Shown here: piece after piece, positions 23,301-35,830 of the stretch
Position numbering within the stretch: the first letter of the stretch is position 1
How the letters are laid out: the number at the start of each line of letters is the position of its first letter
Source: Schmidtea nova
Taxonomy: Eukaryota
Direction: 5' to 3'
Assembly: GCA_044892505.1 (NCBI GenBank)
Contig: CM097882.1
Span: forward strand, 292,144,001-292,208,000
Length of the DNA: 64,000 nucleotides
Notes under the pieces: model-generated
What the model was told of the DNA's origin: nothing
Seen by the model: the letters and a program-made list of their open reading frames with translations, nothing else
The model's database searches: none
Made by a program: the position numbers and the translations under genes

Positions 23301-24836
23301 GCTCACAATGGCTTAGATCCTTTAAATTTTTACGGAATTCCCGGTATGTCATGGGCTTCATCACTTATGACATTAAAGGAACCTATTGAACTTTTACAGG
23401 ACATGGAAATGTATAATTTCTATGAAGGTGGAATACGAGGTGGATTAACATTCGTCAATAAGCACCACGTTGTCACTGACGATAACACAGAGTTGCTGTA
23501 TATAGATATTAATAATCTATATGGTTGGGCTCTTAGCCAAAGTCTTCCTTTTGGTGATTTTAGTTGGATTATTAATGATTTGGATTCTATCTTGACTGAA
23601 TGCATGTCTACGGATATTGAAATCCTTCCATATGGTTACACATTGGAAGTTGATATCGATGTTCCGGAAAGCGTGCATGTGTTTTTGGATGATTTTCCTG
23701 TTGCTCCTGAAAAAATGTGCCCACCTTGCTCAAAAGTTGAGAAGTTGATGCTTACACATCACCCAAAGAAGAACTATGTTCTTCATTGGCGACTTCTCAA
23801 AATGTTTCTTTCTCTTGGTGTAAAAGTTGTTAAGATTCATAGGGCTATAAAGTTTAAACAGGCTAAAATCTTTAAAGAGTATATAGATACAAATACTGAG
23901 TTGAGGGCTAATTCAAATAATGATCTTGATAGAAATTACTTTAAGTTGCTTAATAACAACCTATATGGTAAATCTGTTGAAAATCTGAAAAAACGAATGA
24001 ATTTGCGACTATGTAATTCATCTGAAAAGATGATTATATATTCATCAAAACCGTCTTTCAGAAAGTGCATCAAAATTGATGACAATCTGATTGCAGCTCA
24101 TCTGAATAAAGATTTGATTTGTTTAGATAGACCTAGTTATATCGGTCAAACGGTTCTAGATCTATCTAAACTACGGATGTATCAACTTCAATATCTTGAA
24201 TTACGAAAATATAGGGAACTTTTTAATTGTAAGATTGACATTGTTGCTGGCGACACTGACTCTTTCTTTCTTGAAATTAAAAATTGTAAGTTAAGTACTC
24301 TTTTACCGGCTATGATATCTGATTGTCTTCTGGATACTTCAAACTATGATCCTAACCATCCCTTATATTCAAGAAACCTTGATTCTGTAATAGGAAAATT
24401 TAAAGATGAAAGTAAGGGTCTTGGATATAAGGAATGGGTTTTCTTGCGTCCAAAATGTTATAGTCTTTTAGGTGATGATGAAAGCAATAAAGCCAAAGGG
24501 ATTACATTGCCTGGAACTGGTATAAATCATCAATCTTATATTGATTGTTATAAAAATAATCGCGTTTTTAATGTACCTCAAACACTAATAGGGACTAAAA
24601 ATCATCAATTGTTTACTTTTAAAAATTATAAAACAGCATTAAGTAACAACGATGACAAACGTCAATGGGTGGGGAAAAATAAAAGTTTCGCTTTCGGACA
24701 TTATTTAGGAGTCAATGTCATTATTGATGAAATAGATGATGATCCTAATGATGATGATCCTGATAATAATCCAGATGAAAATCCAGATGAAAATCCGAAT
24801 AATGATCCAGATGAGTTACAATCAGACGAATTTTAG
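20329..24836 (+). CDS. pPolB: Polinton protein-primed DNA polymerase B, copy 2; predicted 4 exons (20329-20377, 20427-20489, 20536-20724, 20914-24836)
   Basis: Same motif set (YGDFES, FHNLRGYD, YIDINNLYG, KLLNNNLYGK, GDTDS); three phase-1 GT-AG introns; acidic D/N/P-rich tail. Confidence 0.93.
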
Positions 24837-24951
24837 ATTATTTTTAATAAATGATGTTAATTTTTATAAAATGCGTTTTCTTTGTTATTATATTAGTGAA
24901 ATATTTATTAAGGTTATTATCCTGTAAGAGTTTTTAAGATAATTAAGTTTC

Positions 24952-25010
<59 letters not shown>
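24952..25010. repeat. (ATT)n microsatellite
   Basis: Direct reading. Confidence 0.95.
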
Positions 25011-25013
<3 letters not shown>

Positions 25014-26760
25014 GACCTAGTTAATTTAAATATTTCTTTTAGCGTATATGACCTTACTTCATTTGTCTTTAAATATATGACCTACTTTAAATATCTACTT
25101 TTTCATATAAAAAGTACCTAATTTGACTTTAAATAAAAAATATTTTTCATATATTAAGTACTTAAATAAAAATATTTTCATATATAACCTACTTTATTTA
25201 AATATATGACCTACTTTATTTGTCCTTAAATTGTCCTTAAATTATAATATTTTAATTTCTCATATATAACCTACTTTATTTGACTTTAAATTGTCCTTAA
25301 ATTAAATTATATTAATTTTTCATATATGACCTACTTTATTTCTCATATATGACCTACTTTATTTTGTCTTAAATAAAAATATTTCATATATGACCTACTT
25401 CATTTCTCATATATGACCTACTTTATTTTGTCTTAAATAAAAATATTTCATATATGACCTACTTAATTTTAAATTAAATAATAATGTCTTCATATATGAC
25501 CTACTTAATTTAAATAAAAATATTTTCATATATGACCTACTTATTTTGACTTTAATAATATTTAATTTTCATATAAAAAGTACCTAATTTGACTTTAAAT
25601 TAAATATTTAAATATATGACCTACTTAATTTCATATATGACCTACTTTATTTGTCCTTAAATTGTCCTTAAATTATAATATTTTAATTTCTCATATATGA
25701 CCTACTTAATTTCTCATATATGACCTACTTTATTTAACCTTAAATTGTCCTTAAATTATATTAATTTAATTTTTCATATATGACCTACTTAATTTCTCAT
25801 ATATGACCTACTTTATTTTGTCTTAAATAAAAATATTTCATATATGACCTACTTAATTTTAAATTAAATAATAATGTCTTCATATATGACCTACTTAATT
25901 TAAATAAAAATATTTTCATATATGACCTACTTTATTTGATAATAAATATTTAATTTTTCATATATGACCTACTTAATTTAAAAATATTTCATATATGACC
26001 TACATAATTTAATTTAAATAATATCTAATTTTCATATAAAAAGTACCTAATTTGACTTTAAATTAAATATTTAAATATATGACCTACTTAATTTCATATA
26101 TGACCTACTTAATAAAAAAATTTTTCATATATGACCTACTTAATTTAATTTAAATAATATCTAATTTTCATACAAAAGTACCTAGTTTTAGTTTAAATTC
26201 AATATTTAAATATATGACCTACTTAATTTAATTTAAATAATATCTAATTTTAGCTTAAATTCAATATTTAAATATATGACCTACTTAATTTCATATGACC
26301 TACTTAATTTCATATATGACCTACTTAATTTAATTTAAATAATATATAATTTTAGCTTAAATTCAATATTTAAATATATGACCTACTTAATTTCATATAT
26401 GACCTACTTAATTTAATTTAAATAATATCTAATTTTCGTATAAAAAGTACCTAATTTTACTTTAAATTAAATATTTAAATATATGACCTACTTTATTTGA
26501 CCTTAAATTGTGCTTAAATATATGACCTACTTTATTTGACCTTAAATTCACCTTAAATAATGACCCTAAAGTGTCCTTAAATCGACCTAGATCTACTTTT
26601 TTGTCCTTAAAGTGCCCTAAAACCATAAATTTGACCTTAAACTCACCTAAAAGTGCCCTTAAAGTGTCCTAAAATCAAAAATTTGACCTTAAATTCACCT
26701 TAAGCGAAAAATTTGACCTTAAAGTGACCTTAAAATGACCTACTTAAAATTTGACCTACA
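25011..26760. repeat. Subterminal array: about 30 ATATGACCTACTT motifs grading into TTGACCTTAAA motifs
   Basis: Counted by eye; AT-rich spacers are themselves reiterated, with a higher-order copy about 400 bp apart (25395-25520 vs 25795-25920). Confidence 0.92.
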
Positions 26761-26769
26761 TAAAAAAAA

Positions 26770-26820
26770 TTTTCCCTGGGGGGGGTTGACCTATATATGA
26801 CGGGGACACATCCTACTACT
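26770..26820 (-). other. Polinton right terminus (5'-AGTAGTAGGATGTGTCC on the minus strand)
   Basis: Ends CACATCCTACTACT; AGT-repeat termini are typical of Polintons; related to the mini-element termini at 56788 and 58980. Confidence 0.8.
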
Positions 26821-27549
26821 AATGCTATCTTAAATTTCTACTCATAATCTCCTATTTCCACTATTTTCATTGTTTTTAATCTTTCGCTTGTGTTACTTTT
26901 TTCCTTTCAGTTTTTGTTTTCAATTGGATAATTTTCAACATATTTCAGTTATTGGCTTTCTATTCCCATTCATATAACCAGATTTATTTCACCATTGTAC
27001 TGTCATTTTTCTTCTTCATCGATTATCACACATTTCAATATTATCGTAAATTGACTTTTCATTACCACCATTGCAAGTAATTGCTCCATCATTGTGTTCA
27101 GTATATTTTCATTTCCATTTGTATTCACCAGTGCTAGATTAAACATTTAGGGAGCCCTGTGCGGCTGTGCCAAAAAATATCTGGTCCCCCTTTTGATGAA
27201 CCGGAAATCACACCAAGGTATTCTGATTTTTTGTGTGGTTGCCGATTCATCAATTTTATTTTTATTTCCCCGCTTTTAATTTTATGTAATCTTACAAATA
27301 AATTTAATAATACTTCGTTGTGTTCCGGTGGCCTAAGTTTGTGTTGCTTGGCAACTGCATTTGTGTACGGGGAATTGAAACTGTGAATTGAACTCTCATT
27401 TTGAATTTGAACTACCGGACTATATTTGGAAATATTTATTTTTAAAATACACAGAACGTTGTATTTATTTGGCTCCAGGGAACGTACGTCGTAAGAGATT
27501 TTATCAATATTATAGTTGCCTGTCACTTTAATGTCATTGTTTATTAATT

Positions 27550-28158
27550 CTAATGAGGTAAATTGGAGCTTTTGGAATAGTTATTATTGAATAAGACCAT
27601 ACAGTTTATGAAAATAGAATGTCTGTATATAAATATTGTTCTCTCCGGGGATAATTTCAATTGAGACAGATACTGGGGAGTCATTGCAACATAGCATGAT
27701 TTTATCGACAAGTATTTATTATTATCATCATTACAAATGATACAATAATCATCTTCTTTATCAGTAAGCTGTTTGAAGAATGTTGTGAACACTGTATCAC
27801 CAGCAGAATTGGAGGAACAGTAATCCTGGTGCACAAACGAAAATATGTCAATGAGAGTTCTATTGGTTGTTATTATCGACAGATAAAGTGGAGTACCGAT
27901 GGGTATTTCGCACTCATTAATTGAGATCAGATTGCGCATCAGAATATATCTTACCGTTCCTTCCTCCCCATCGATGACGGCGATATGCAGCCGATTATAA
28001 CCTGCTTTATATTCAGTCTGCGAGCAGTCATTTCTCTTCTCTACTATTTGTCTAATTTCTTCCATTGCTTTAGATAAGTCATGTTGCTCCAATTTGTAAA
28101 CTTTTTTAACCATGAAATCTAAAAATTTAATTCCATTTTCAATGGCAGAGATCTCCAA
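27550..28158 (-). CDS. Ankyrin-repeat-like ORF inside the hAT element, probably a decayed cargo gene
   Basis: NRLHIAVIDGEEGTVRYIL, TPLYLSI and GDTVF resemble ankyrin repeats; the frame opens further upstream to a homopolymer frameshift near 28245. Confidence 0.55.
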   Translation of the reverse strand: MEISAIENGIKFLDFMVKKVYKLEQHDLSKAMEEIRQIVEKRNDCSQTEYKAGYNRLHIAVIDGEEGTVRYILMRNLISINECEIPIGTPLYLSIITTNRTLIDIFSFVHQDYCSSNSAGDTVFTTFFKQLTDKEDDYCIICNDDNNKYLSIKSCYVAMTPQYLSQLKLSPERTIFIYRHSIFINCMVLFNNNYSKSSNLPH

Positions 28159-29059
28159 AAGTAAATGACCACTTTGTGCAGTGAAGTCATTAATTGCTTT
28201 AGCTGGACAATTAGCAGCAAAATATTCAAATTGATTTGAAAGAAAAATTTGTCAAGCATTATCAAATAGTGAGACAAATAATATCAAGTAACTAATAAAA
28301 TTCGTAAGCGTTAACTAATATATTTTTAAAATTTATTGTGCGCGGTATCCGCTAACATATTTTTTTAAAACAACTTTTACAACTCATACTTTAATTTATA
28401 AAAATAACAAAATATTCAGTATTACAAAATTTTTACATAGATAATTACACAACATTAAATATAAATAAGACAAGGCATTAAATGATTATAACATCTCTAA
28501 TCAAAGTATATAATATTATTATCAACAAACATATTAATTTATTTAATCAAAATTAGTAATTATTAATTCAAACAGACACAACTAAACACATACAGTTAAA
28601 AAAAATATCCAAACATTACTAACGAGAGCTATTATGGTGTATGAAATATACAATGAAACAACAAAATACATCGACATAAAAATAAAAAATATAAAACACT
28701 CTTTGATTGAATGGACATGATGTGACAACAGAACATTACACCCCTTTTCGCAAAAATTAAACCTCTGAAAACTACATTTTTAAAGAGTACTTCCTATAGT
28801 TATTTAGTCAAATTTGAGATCAATAGAATAATCAGAATAAATGTATAATGAACAAAGTAAATGAAAAAATTCTTATTTAGAATGATTTATCATTGATAAA
28901 ATAAATTAACTAAAAAATGAATTATTTATTAAATTCAATCGCTTCTTCGGTCTTCTAGGGTGTTACTGTTAGTTATAACGTCTCCATCACAATGACCATA
29001 CTTATTGATATTCGCGATTTAAAACGTATATAGTGCTATTTATTAGATGTTAATTTTTT

Positions 29060-31250
29060 GACGCTTTGCTAAAATGAAATCATTGATAACATCATCAAAA
29101 TCAATTTTTTGTAAGAGTTCACTTTCAATTGACATAAAGACAAGTTGTTTTATTGTTCTTGCAGCATGCATATTCTAAGTTCAATTTTAATGAGCTTCAA
29201 TTTTGATAATGTCCTCTCTCCACTAGCATTACTAACCATCAAGCTGAGAAATATTCTAAATTCAACTTCGATGTTTGGAAATGAACTGACAAGATTCAAG
29301 TCAAATAATAAGCTATACAACCTGTGAACTGATCGATTTTCTTCTGAATTTTTACTTTTAAGGAAATTCTGAAAGAAAAGTCTAAAATGCTGTAGCTCTT
29401 CCGAAAAAGAACTTTCTAAATCCTTTGGATACCATTGTTGGAGTAAATCAGCTCGAACAGCCGCATCATTTGTTGAAAGTTTCCAAAATTCTGTTAGAAC
29501 AATGAATAAGTTGTACACTGAATCATAAGCTTTTGTTAGACTGTCCAATTCAACTGACAATTTATCAATTATTGGCTAATATGTTTTCCGGCGGAATGTT
29601 TTTCTAATTTCTAGATTTGGTTCTTCAGCTGGGCCATCATCTTCAAAATTTTTACATATTTTCTTACGTTTATCTTCGTTTCTGTATCTAGTTTCTGGAG
29701 CTTTAATTTTGCTTGTGTTTCAAAATTTTCAAAATTTTCTCTTTGCAAACAAATATACTCTTGCAATGTTTTTAATAACTGCACGGCTGTACCAAGTTCC
29801 AAGTTTGGTTTTTGAAGATATAAATTGGTTTTATTAATGTTCTGAATAAAATCATTCTGCACAAAGCCAAATAAATTAACAGTGTCGACACAACATTCAA
29901 CAGCTGAAGTTCCAACTAAATTTAGGGAATCAGCAGCACATGGTATGAAGTGTGCTAATGGATTGTTTTCCCTAATTTTAGCTTGCCTGCCACTGTATCT
30001 CCCCGACATATTTGCTGCGTTGTCGCGACAATTTGATATATTCACCAATTTCGTTAAAAAAACCTAACAAGGTATTTGTTAGTGTTTCTCCTGTATGTCT
30101 TTCCAAAGACAGAAACTTCGAAAACTTCTCCTTAGCTTGATGAGATGATTTTTTCAACGCAGCGTTTGATATCAGTCAGTTGTTCGACGTGACTAAGATC
30201 CGGAATAGACTCAACAGAAACAGAATAATATTTTTGCTCCTTAATTTCTTTTGCAATAATTTTTAACAATTTATCACCCATAAGCTTGAGAAATCTTTCG
30301 CATATTGTGGATGACAAGTACGATGCTCTGGTTGCCGTATTTATCAATGTGGTTACTTAATAATGGATCAAACTGACTTAATAGCTGAAGACCTCCTAAA
30401 TAATTACTATTTTGGGAAAAATTTATCAACTCATCATTTGCACGAAACGCCAGACCTCGTTCTGCTAAACACTTTATGACTGCAACATTTCTTTTTAGAA
30501 TATTACGCCAATAATCCCCTTCTTTCGTAAATTCTAATTCCATTTGACCGTCTATTGTACCAGCATATTGTCATGGCATCTCTATGACATTGACTATTTT
30601 CATGCTGAGAAATGCATTTTGTCGAATGATCCCAGTCCCTAAATCCGTCGTCAGAAGCCAATGCAGAATTTGAATTTGACTTGAATAGTCGACAAGCAAA
30701 GCAAAATATACTTCCAGTTGACGGTGAATAAAGCAGCTACGAACGTAAAATCTTTTCACCAGATACATGTTTTCTATATAGATGATTCTACCATCGGGAT
30801 AAATTCTCTTCGAAGCTTCGAAATCTTCATCATAATGTTGGCAATCATTTGAACTTTTCTAATCCAAAATTCACGAATTTCATCAGAAATGTTAGTCCAC
30901 AATGCACAGTCATTACTAAATTCAACCTTTGTAAAGCCACGAGCATCCTGTGAAGGTTCTTCAATATTCAATAATGTGTTTTGATTTTCGACTTCAGTCG
31001 CTTCAGCCACTTGACTAACTTGTCTATTGTCTATTGTCTAACTAACTATTGTCTTTTTTAACTCTTTCTTTTAGCTTCCAATTTCTGTTTGTTTTCTTGT
31101 CAAACTTTGGATCAATTTTTAATCCGCTTCCCGATATCCAATCGATCTGAAAATTTGCGAGCAGACTCGTGGTGGCCCACAAATTATTCCATTGAAAAAT
31201 TGAAAAATTATGAAAAATTTTGAAAAATTTTGAAACATTGTGATTTTTCA
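29060..31250 (-). pseudogene. hAT transposase, fragmented
   Basis: Pieces 30274..30543 (LAERGLAFR), 30132..30347, 29611..30048 (DNAANMSG) and 29150..29560 (FPN...SNASGERTLSKLKLIK). Confidence 0.88.
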
Positions 31251-32879
31251 ATTTACTGTTGCCAAGAAACTACCAAACAATGAAACAACAATAAAATTAA
31301 CCGAGAACATGAGAAAAAGAAAGAGTTACATTATAAACTTGTTTTTATGGGTTCCTTTTTTTATGAAATCCTTCAGATTTTAATAAAATCTCGTCTTCTT
31401 CGGAAGCTACGCTTAACCTTTGAGAATCTGAACAAAGCACGTCAGTTTCTATGATGTTCATATCCTATTCCGACTGATAGTTAACAGTGTTCGTTGTAAA
31501 TCCCAATTTAAACAAATTCATGTTCTGACTGTTAACTAATTCTTTTTCTTTCTTTTCAACTTTTCGCTTACGTTTGAGTGCTACACTTAGATAAAGACGT
31601 TTGTCGGACATTATTTATTTCCGATTGATCGTTAAATATTTTTAAATATCTTTTTTATTATTAATCTGATTTATTTATTTAATTAATATTTTCTCTTGCT
31701 AACGACAACTGGTGATGCTGTCATGACGTATTTATTTTTTAAATAAACAATCACATACGGAGTCGGATAAGGGGAAATCGGAAATAAAAGTTTTATTTTT
31801 ACTTTTTTTACATTTTCGGGGCCGAGCTCCTGGGGCTCCATAAAATGTCGGGGCCCTGTGCCAAGGCAAAATTGACACAATGGATAATCCGGCCAAGGTA
31901 TTCACTATTTTTTCAGTATATTATTATTTTCACCCCTTTCGTGTTGATTGATCACTAGTATTTTAATTTATTCAGTGCCTCATTTTTACTTTAATAAATA
32001 TATTTTAATCGCTATCCACTCACAATAAATCTTTATTTAGCATTATTTTAATTTCATATTTTATCTTTTTCCTTTTTTTTATCGCATATTGTCACTCAAA
32101 TATCAATCATTTATATTGTTCATACTGGTCATTATTATTACAACTTATTTGTTCTACATTTATAAACATTTATATTAAAAGTTTGATAAATCTATCACTC
32201 ATTATGTTAAATACCGCAATCATGTTTGTCACTTTTCCTCAGTATTTTTGACTACCTGATTTAGCAATAGTACTAAATTGGTTGATTATCCTTAATCCCC
32301 ACTGAATTATTACAGTATTCGACTATGCAAATTACTTTGTCATATACCAACCACATTCAAATTATCATGTAACTGATACCGATTCTATAGTTAAAATTTA
32401 ACAAGTACATAAAATCGATCAATCTATTACAACAATTTCTTTAGAAATAGTATTAGTATTAACATTTATAGTTTTTTCCATAAATCTTTTACCTGAATAT
32501 TACCAATTGTTCTACTAAAATCATATTTTCACTCTATCATATTCCAACTTTCACTTTATTACCCAAGCTTGTCCACATTTCACCTGAAACAATCAATTAT
32601 TTTGTATTCGCTTTCGTACTTACCAAACCCATTCATATTTTTCAACATTTCAATAATTATTCTCACTGTCATTATTTTGAAGGTATTTTATAATTCTAGT
32701 ATCAATACCAACATCATATTGGTCCTTTTCCAGCATGAAACTCAATTACACTAACACATGACAGTTTACATATGAAAACTAGTATACATTGTACTCAAAG
32801 CACTTTCACGCTGATCAAAAAAAAACAAAATGCAAGCTGTTAACAATGATTCGATATACCCATTCACCCAAGACATTCG

Positions 32880-33035
32880 CAGTGACTCGTTTTCATCAAA
32901 TGACAACAATTATCAGTTCTACTCTAGTGGAGATTGTGTAGTCGATATTCAAAGAAGAAACAATTGCCAGTTCCGTAGATTGCAGAAATGTTCCGCTACT
33001 GGAATGCGTAAAGAAGCTGTACAAACTGGAAGATG
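32880..33035 (+). pseudogene. Nuclear-receptor DNA-binding domain fragment (second zinc finger, NR2-like), two Cys lost
   Basis: SGDCVVDIQRRNNCQFRRLQKCSATGMRKEAVQTGR; no first finger or ligand-binding domain visible. Confidence 0.75.
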
Positions 33036-33779
33036 CTTGTCAACAACTGGATCAATATTAATATACTATCCAGACAAATCTGAAATGACTAACTCAAAAA
33101 ATCTACAAATCAATACATTGGATCACAATCAATCTCGATTAAAGGATTATTCTCCAGCGCCAGAAATCAATCAATACGGACTGTCATGGAGCTTGCTCAT
33201 TTCAACTCTTGTTATCATCGGTCAAGATTTCCGGTTGCGAAAAACCGACTTATCAATTAGCAATCAATTTCTATTAATAAAATCTAATTTGCTTTTAGTA
33301 TTCCTATACATTGATTCATAAGTTTTTTTCTTAAAACTTTTGACAAATAAAATATTTGATAAATGACACCAAACTATTTAACGATTTCAACTCAATAATG
33401 ACAAGACTATATCATGATTCTACATGCAAAATATCAATCACAATTTCCACAAATTAATACCAAAATATTATTAAAAATAGTTAAAATCTCATCATGCCTC
33501 TGAATAAAAATTACTGAAAATGACGAATTTTATACCAAAATATACTTAAATTTAAGTAGACTGACAGTGTTTTTAAATAGAGAATACTGAAAATTAATCA
33601 AAATTTCCTAAATTATACCTACAAATAATCAAATTTCTAAGTATAGACTGACAATTTAAATAGAAAATATTGAGATCGACCATCAATAGAGATAGAAATG
33701 TCGGATGAATCATGTCCAATCAAACAACTAAGTTCAAATCGTTTTATTTTTATAAATTTCCATCATTGTCTTTCACAGA

Positions 33780-34560
33780 GTATGAATTCATAATTATTTT
33801 CCATCGTTATTTTAAAAACGTACCAGAACCCAAGTAGCAGTATCTTGGTAGAAGAACATTTTTTTGTGATGGTTTTGGGTGTCAAAGCTTCGTGTTCAAA
33901 CAAGTTGATTTGAAACTTATGTACTTTTGACTTAAAGCCCATCCATACAGATTGTTGATATCAATATACAAAAAAACTGTATCAGCATTTGATTTAACAT
34001 AGTGCTAATTAACAAATGTTAAGTATCCAGCTCTCAATAAGTTGTAGATTTCCATATCCCGGATAAGTTTGACAAGTTTATTCAGAATCATCAATACCGA
34101 ATCCCACGACATACCGGGAATACTCAAGAAATTTAAGGGTTACAATAAATTTTGTGCGATGAATTTAGATCCAAATTGCTGGAAAAAATCAGCACACAAT
34201 AACACGTCTAATTTTAAGTGGACCATCATGTAATCCAAAAGTGAATTACAGTTGGTCTCTCTCCAAATTACTAGAACAATAGCTTATTCCACTTCAATTA
34301 CGTCCTTCCAAATAAGAGGTAATTCAGTTATTGCTATAAGAACATGGGAATATCCCCTTTGTCCACCTAAATTCAGCTGAAGTCAATGGTAAAGATGTTA
34401 AGGTTTTTACAATTCGCTGATTGACCCTGACTATAACATAAATACTTTAATGGTCTGTTATCTCGATTAACTGGTTGACAATATCTACTGTCGAACAGTC
34501 CATGCTCATGCAGTTATACTCTTGCGCATTCTTAAAAATCAACAAATGCGGATCTTGTAG
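33780..34560 (-). pseudogene. Degenerate Polinton pPolB fragment (exoIII to pol motif A)
   Basis: LLDYMMVHLKLDVLLCADFFQQF, PLNFLSIPGMSW, DMEIYN and FLYIDINNLYGWALSQ with stops and deletions. Confidence 0.88.
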
Positions 34561-35078
34561 CATTGACTGTATAGGCCTACTATAATATGAAAAGATTAGC
34601 TAAAAACTTTCATTATAAAATTGCGTTATATAATAGATAAAGCTCCGTAAAAAACCCGCAGGATCTCTCAATAATGATTTCAAGTCAAATAAAACAATTA
34701 TTTTCATTTTTTCAGAAAATCGATAAATTTGTTTCCTAATCAACACTTTTGTGAACGGCCATGTTTTAAATGTTATTTAAAAATTGCAATGATAGTATTT
34801 GTGTCGAGTCAGAAAAATATTGTTTTGATACATTGTCTGAACAAAATGAAAATAAACAAAATATGTGCCATATGATAAGGTTATGCTTGGCGATCTAACA
34901 GCATTTCTACATTAAGGTAAAAAACTGTAATTTCTTGATTATTTCAAAATAAAAAAATAAATTTATTTTAAACAAATAAATTATCATAGGCTAAACTGTA
35001 CAAGGCTCCTGTCGTGATTGGTTTGTTTTAATCAAATATATTTTGTAAAATTAGATAAAATTTATCATTCAAACAAAA

Positions 35079-35830
35079 ATGAAATTGCAGATTTTAATAA
35101 TTTATGCTTATCAAGTATTTTGCCAAGCACAAAATTGTAAGGATCCCTTTAAGACATACGATTCAATTTGCGTTTACACATCCGAAATAGAATTGTCATA
35201 CTGCAATTCATGGGAGAAATGCTACCAAGACGGGGGGCGACTCGTAATAGAAGCAGATATCCCTATAATAAACAAATTCTCTATTCTAAACAAGTCCATA
35301 CATTATTATATTAGCTTAAATGATTTGGTAACTGAAAGACAGAGCAACAAAAGCGGCTGGGTGTTCAGTGATGGACAAGAGATACAAAATATTGCTCTAT
35401 GGTCACCGAACCAACCCGATGTCAATAATAATCATCAGGATTGCGTAACAATAAAATATGGGAAACTTTTTAATTGTAAATGTACACTGGCAAAACTCTT
35501 TATATGCGTAATGGAATCAAGAAACGAAATCAAATCCAGGAAATTGCTAATGGAAACCGAAGAAATATTTAATGACGATTCTTTTTACGAATGCTTTGAC
35601 TTTCTGAAAGTTGACAACAAATACGACTGCATAATAAAGTAATTGCCTTTTTTAATAATAAATAATCTATGAAATGTTGTTCTTATTCTAGAAGCCTTGA
35701 CAAATTATATTACAAATCAGTCTTCTTCAATAGCGCCACGAACCAGTGCATCGTGACCAAGTATGTCCACAGCCTTTTACCACTTTCCATGAAGAAAGCA
35801 CGAGAGAATGATATCTTACGTTTTTATTAA
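35079..35830 (+). CDS. Secreted C-type lectin domain protein with short Cys-containing (PAN-like) tail; 2 exons (35079-35638, 35692-35830)
   Basis: Signal-peptide-like start, CTLD cysteines, YISL and WSPNQPD motifs; a 53-bp GT-AG phase-2 intron restores the frame to TAA at 35830. Confidence 0.8.

Larger units (their letters stand above)
11131..26820 (+). mobile_element. Composite Polinton/Maverick (adintovirus-like) region with two pPolB genes
   Basis: pPolB, MCP half, adenain protease, DEDD-like ORF, pPolB, subterminal array, terminus CCTACTACT at 26820. The left boundary is uncertain and no TSD matches the right flank AATGCT. Confidence 0.8.
27129..31897 (-). mobile_element. hAT element (DUF4371/ZMYM1-type transposase) of 4769 bp with 8-bp TSD GTATTCAC
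   Basis: TSD at 27121-27128 and 31898-31905; degenerate TIRs CAGTGCTAGATTA / CTTGGCCGGATTA. Confidence 0.85.

Noticed and set aside
25011-26760. CRISPR-like look: short conserved repeat with variable spacers
   Set aside because: Spacers are AT-rich, unequal in length and reiterated; eukaryotic context and no cas genes.
11131-26820. Single clean Polinton insertion bounded by 11131 and 26820
   Set aside because: Flanks do not form a 6-bp TSD (AAGTTT/AGTTTT vs AATGCT) and the left motif lies inside a larger palindrome.
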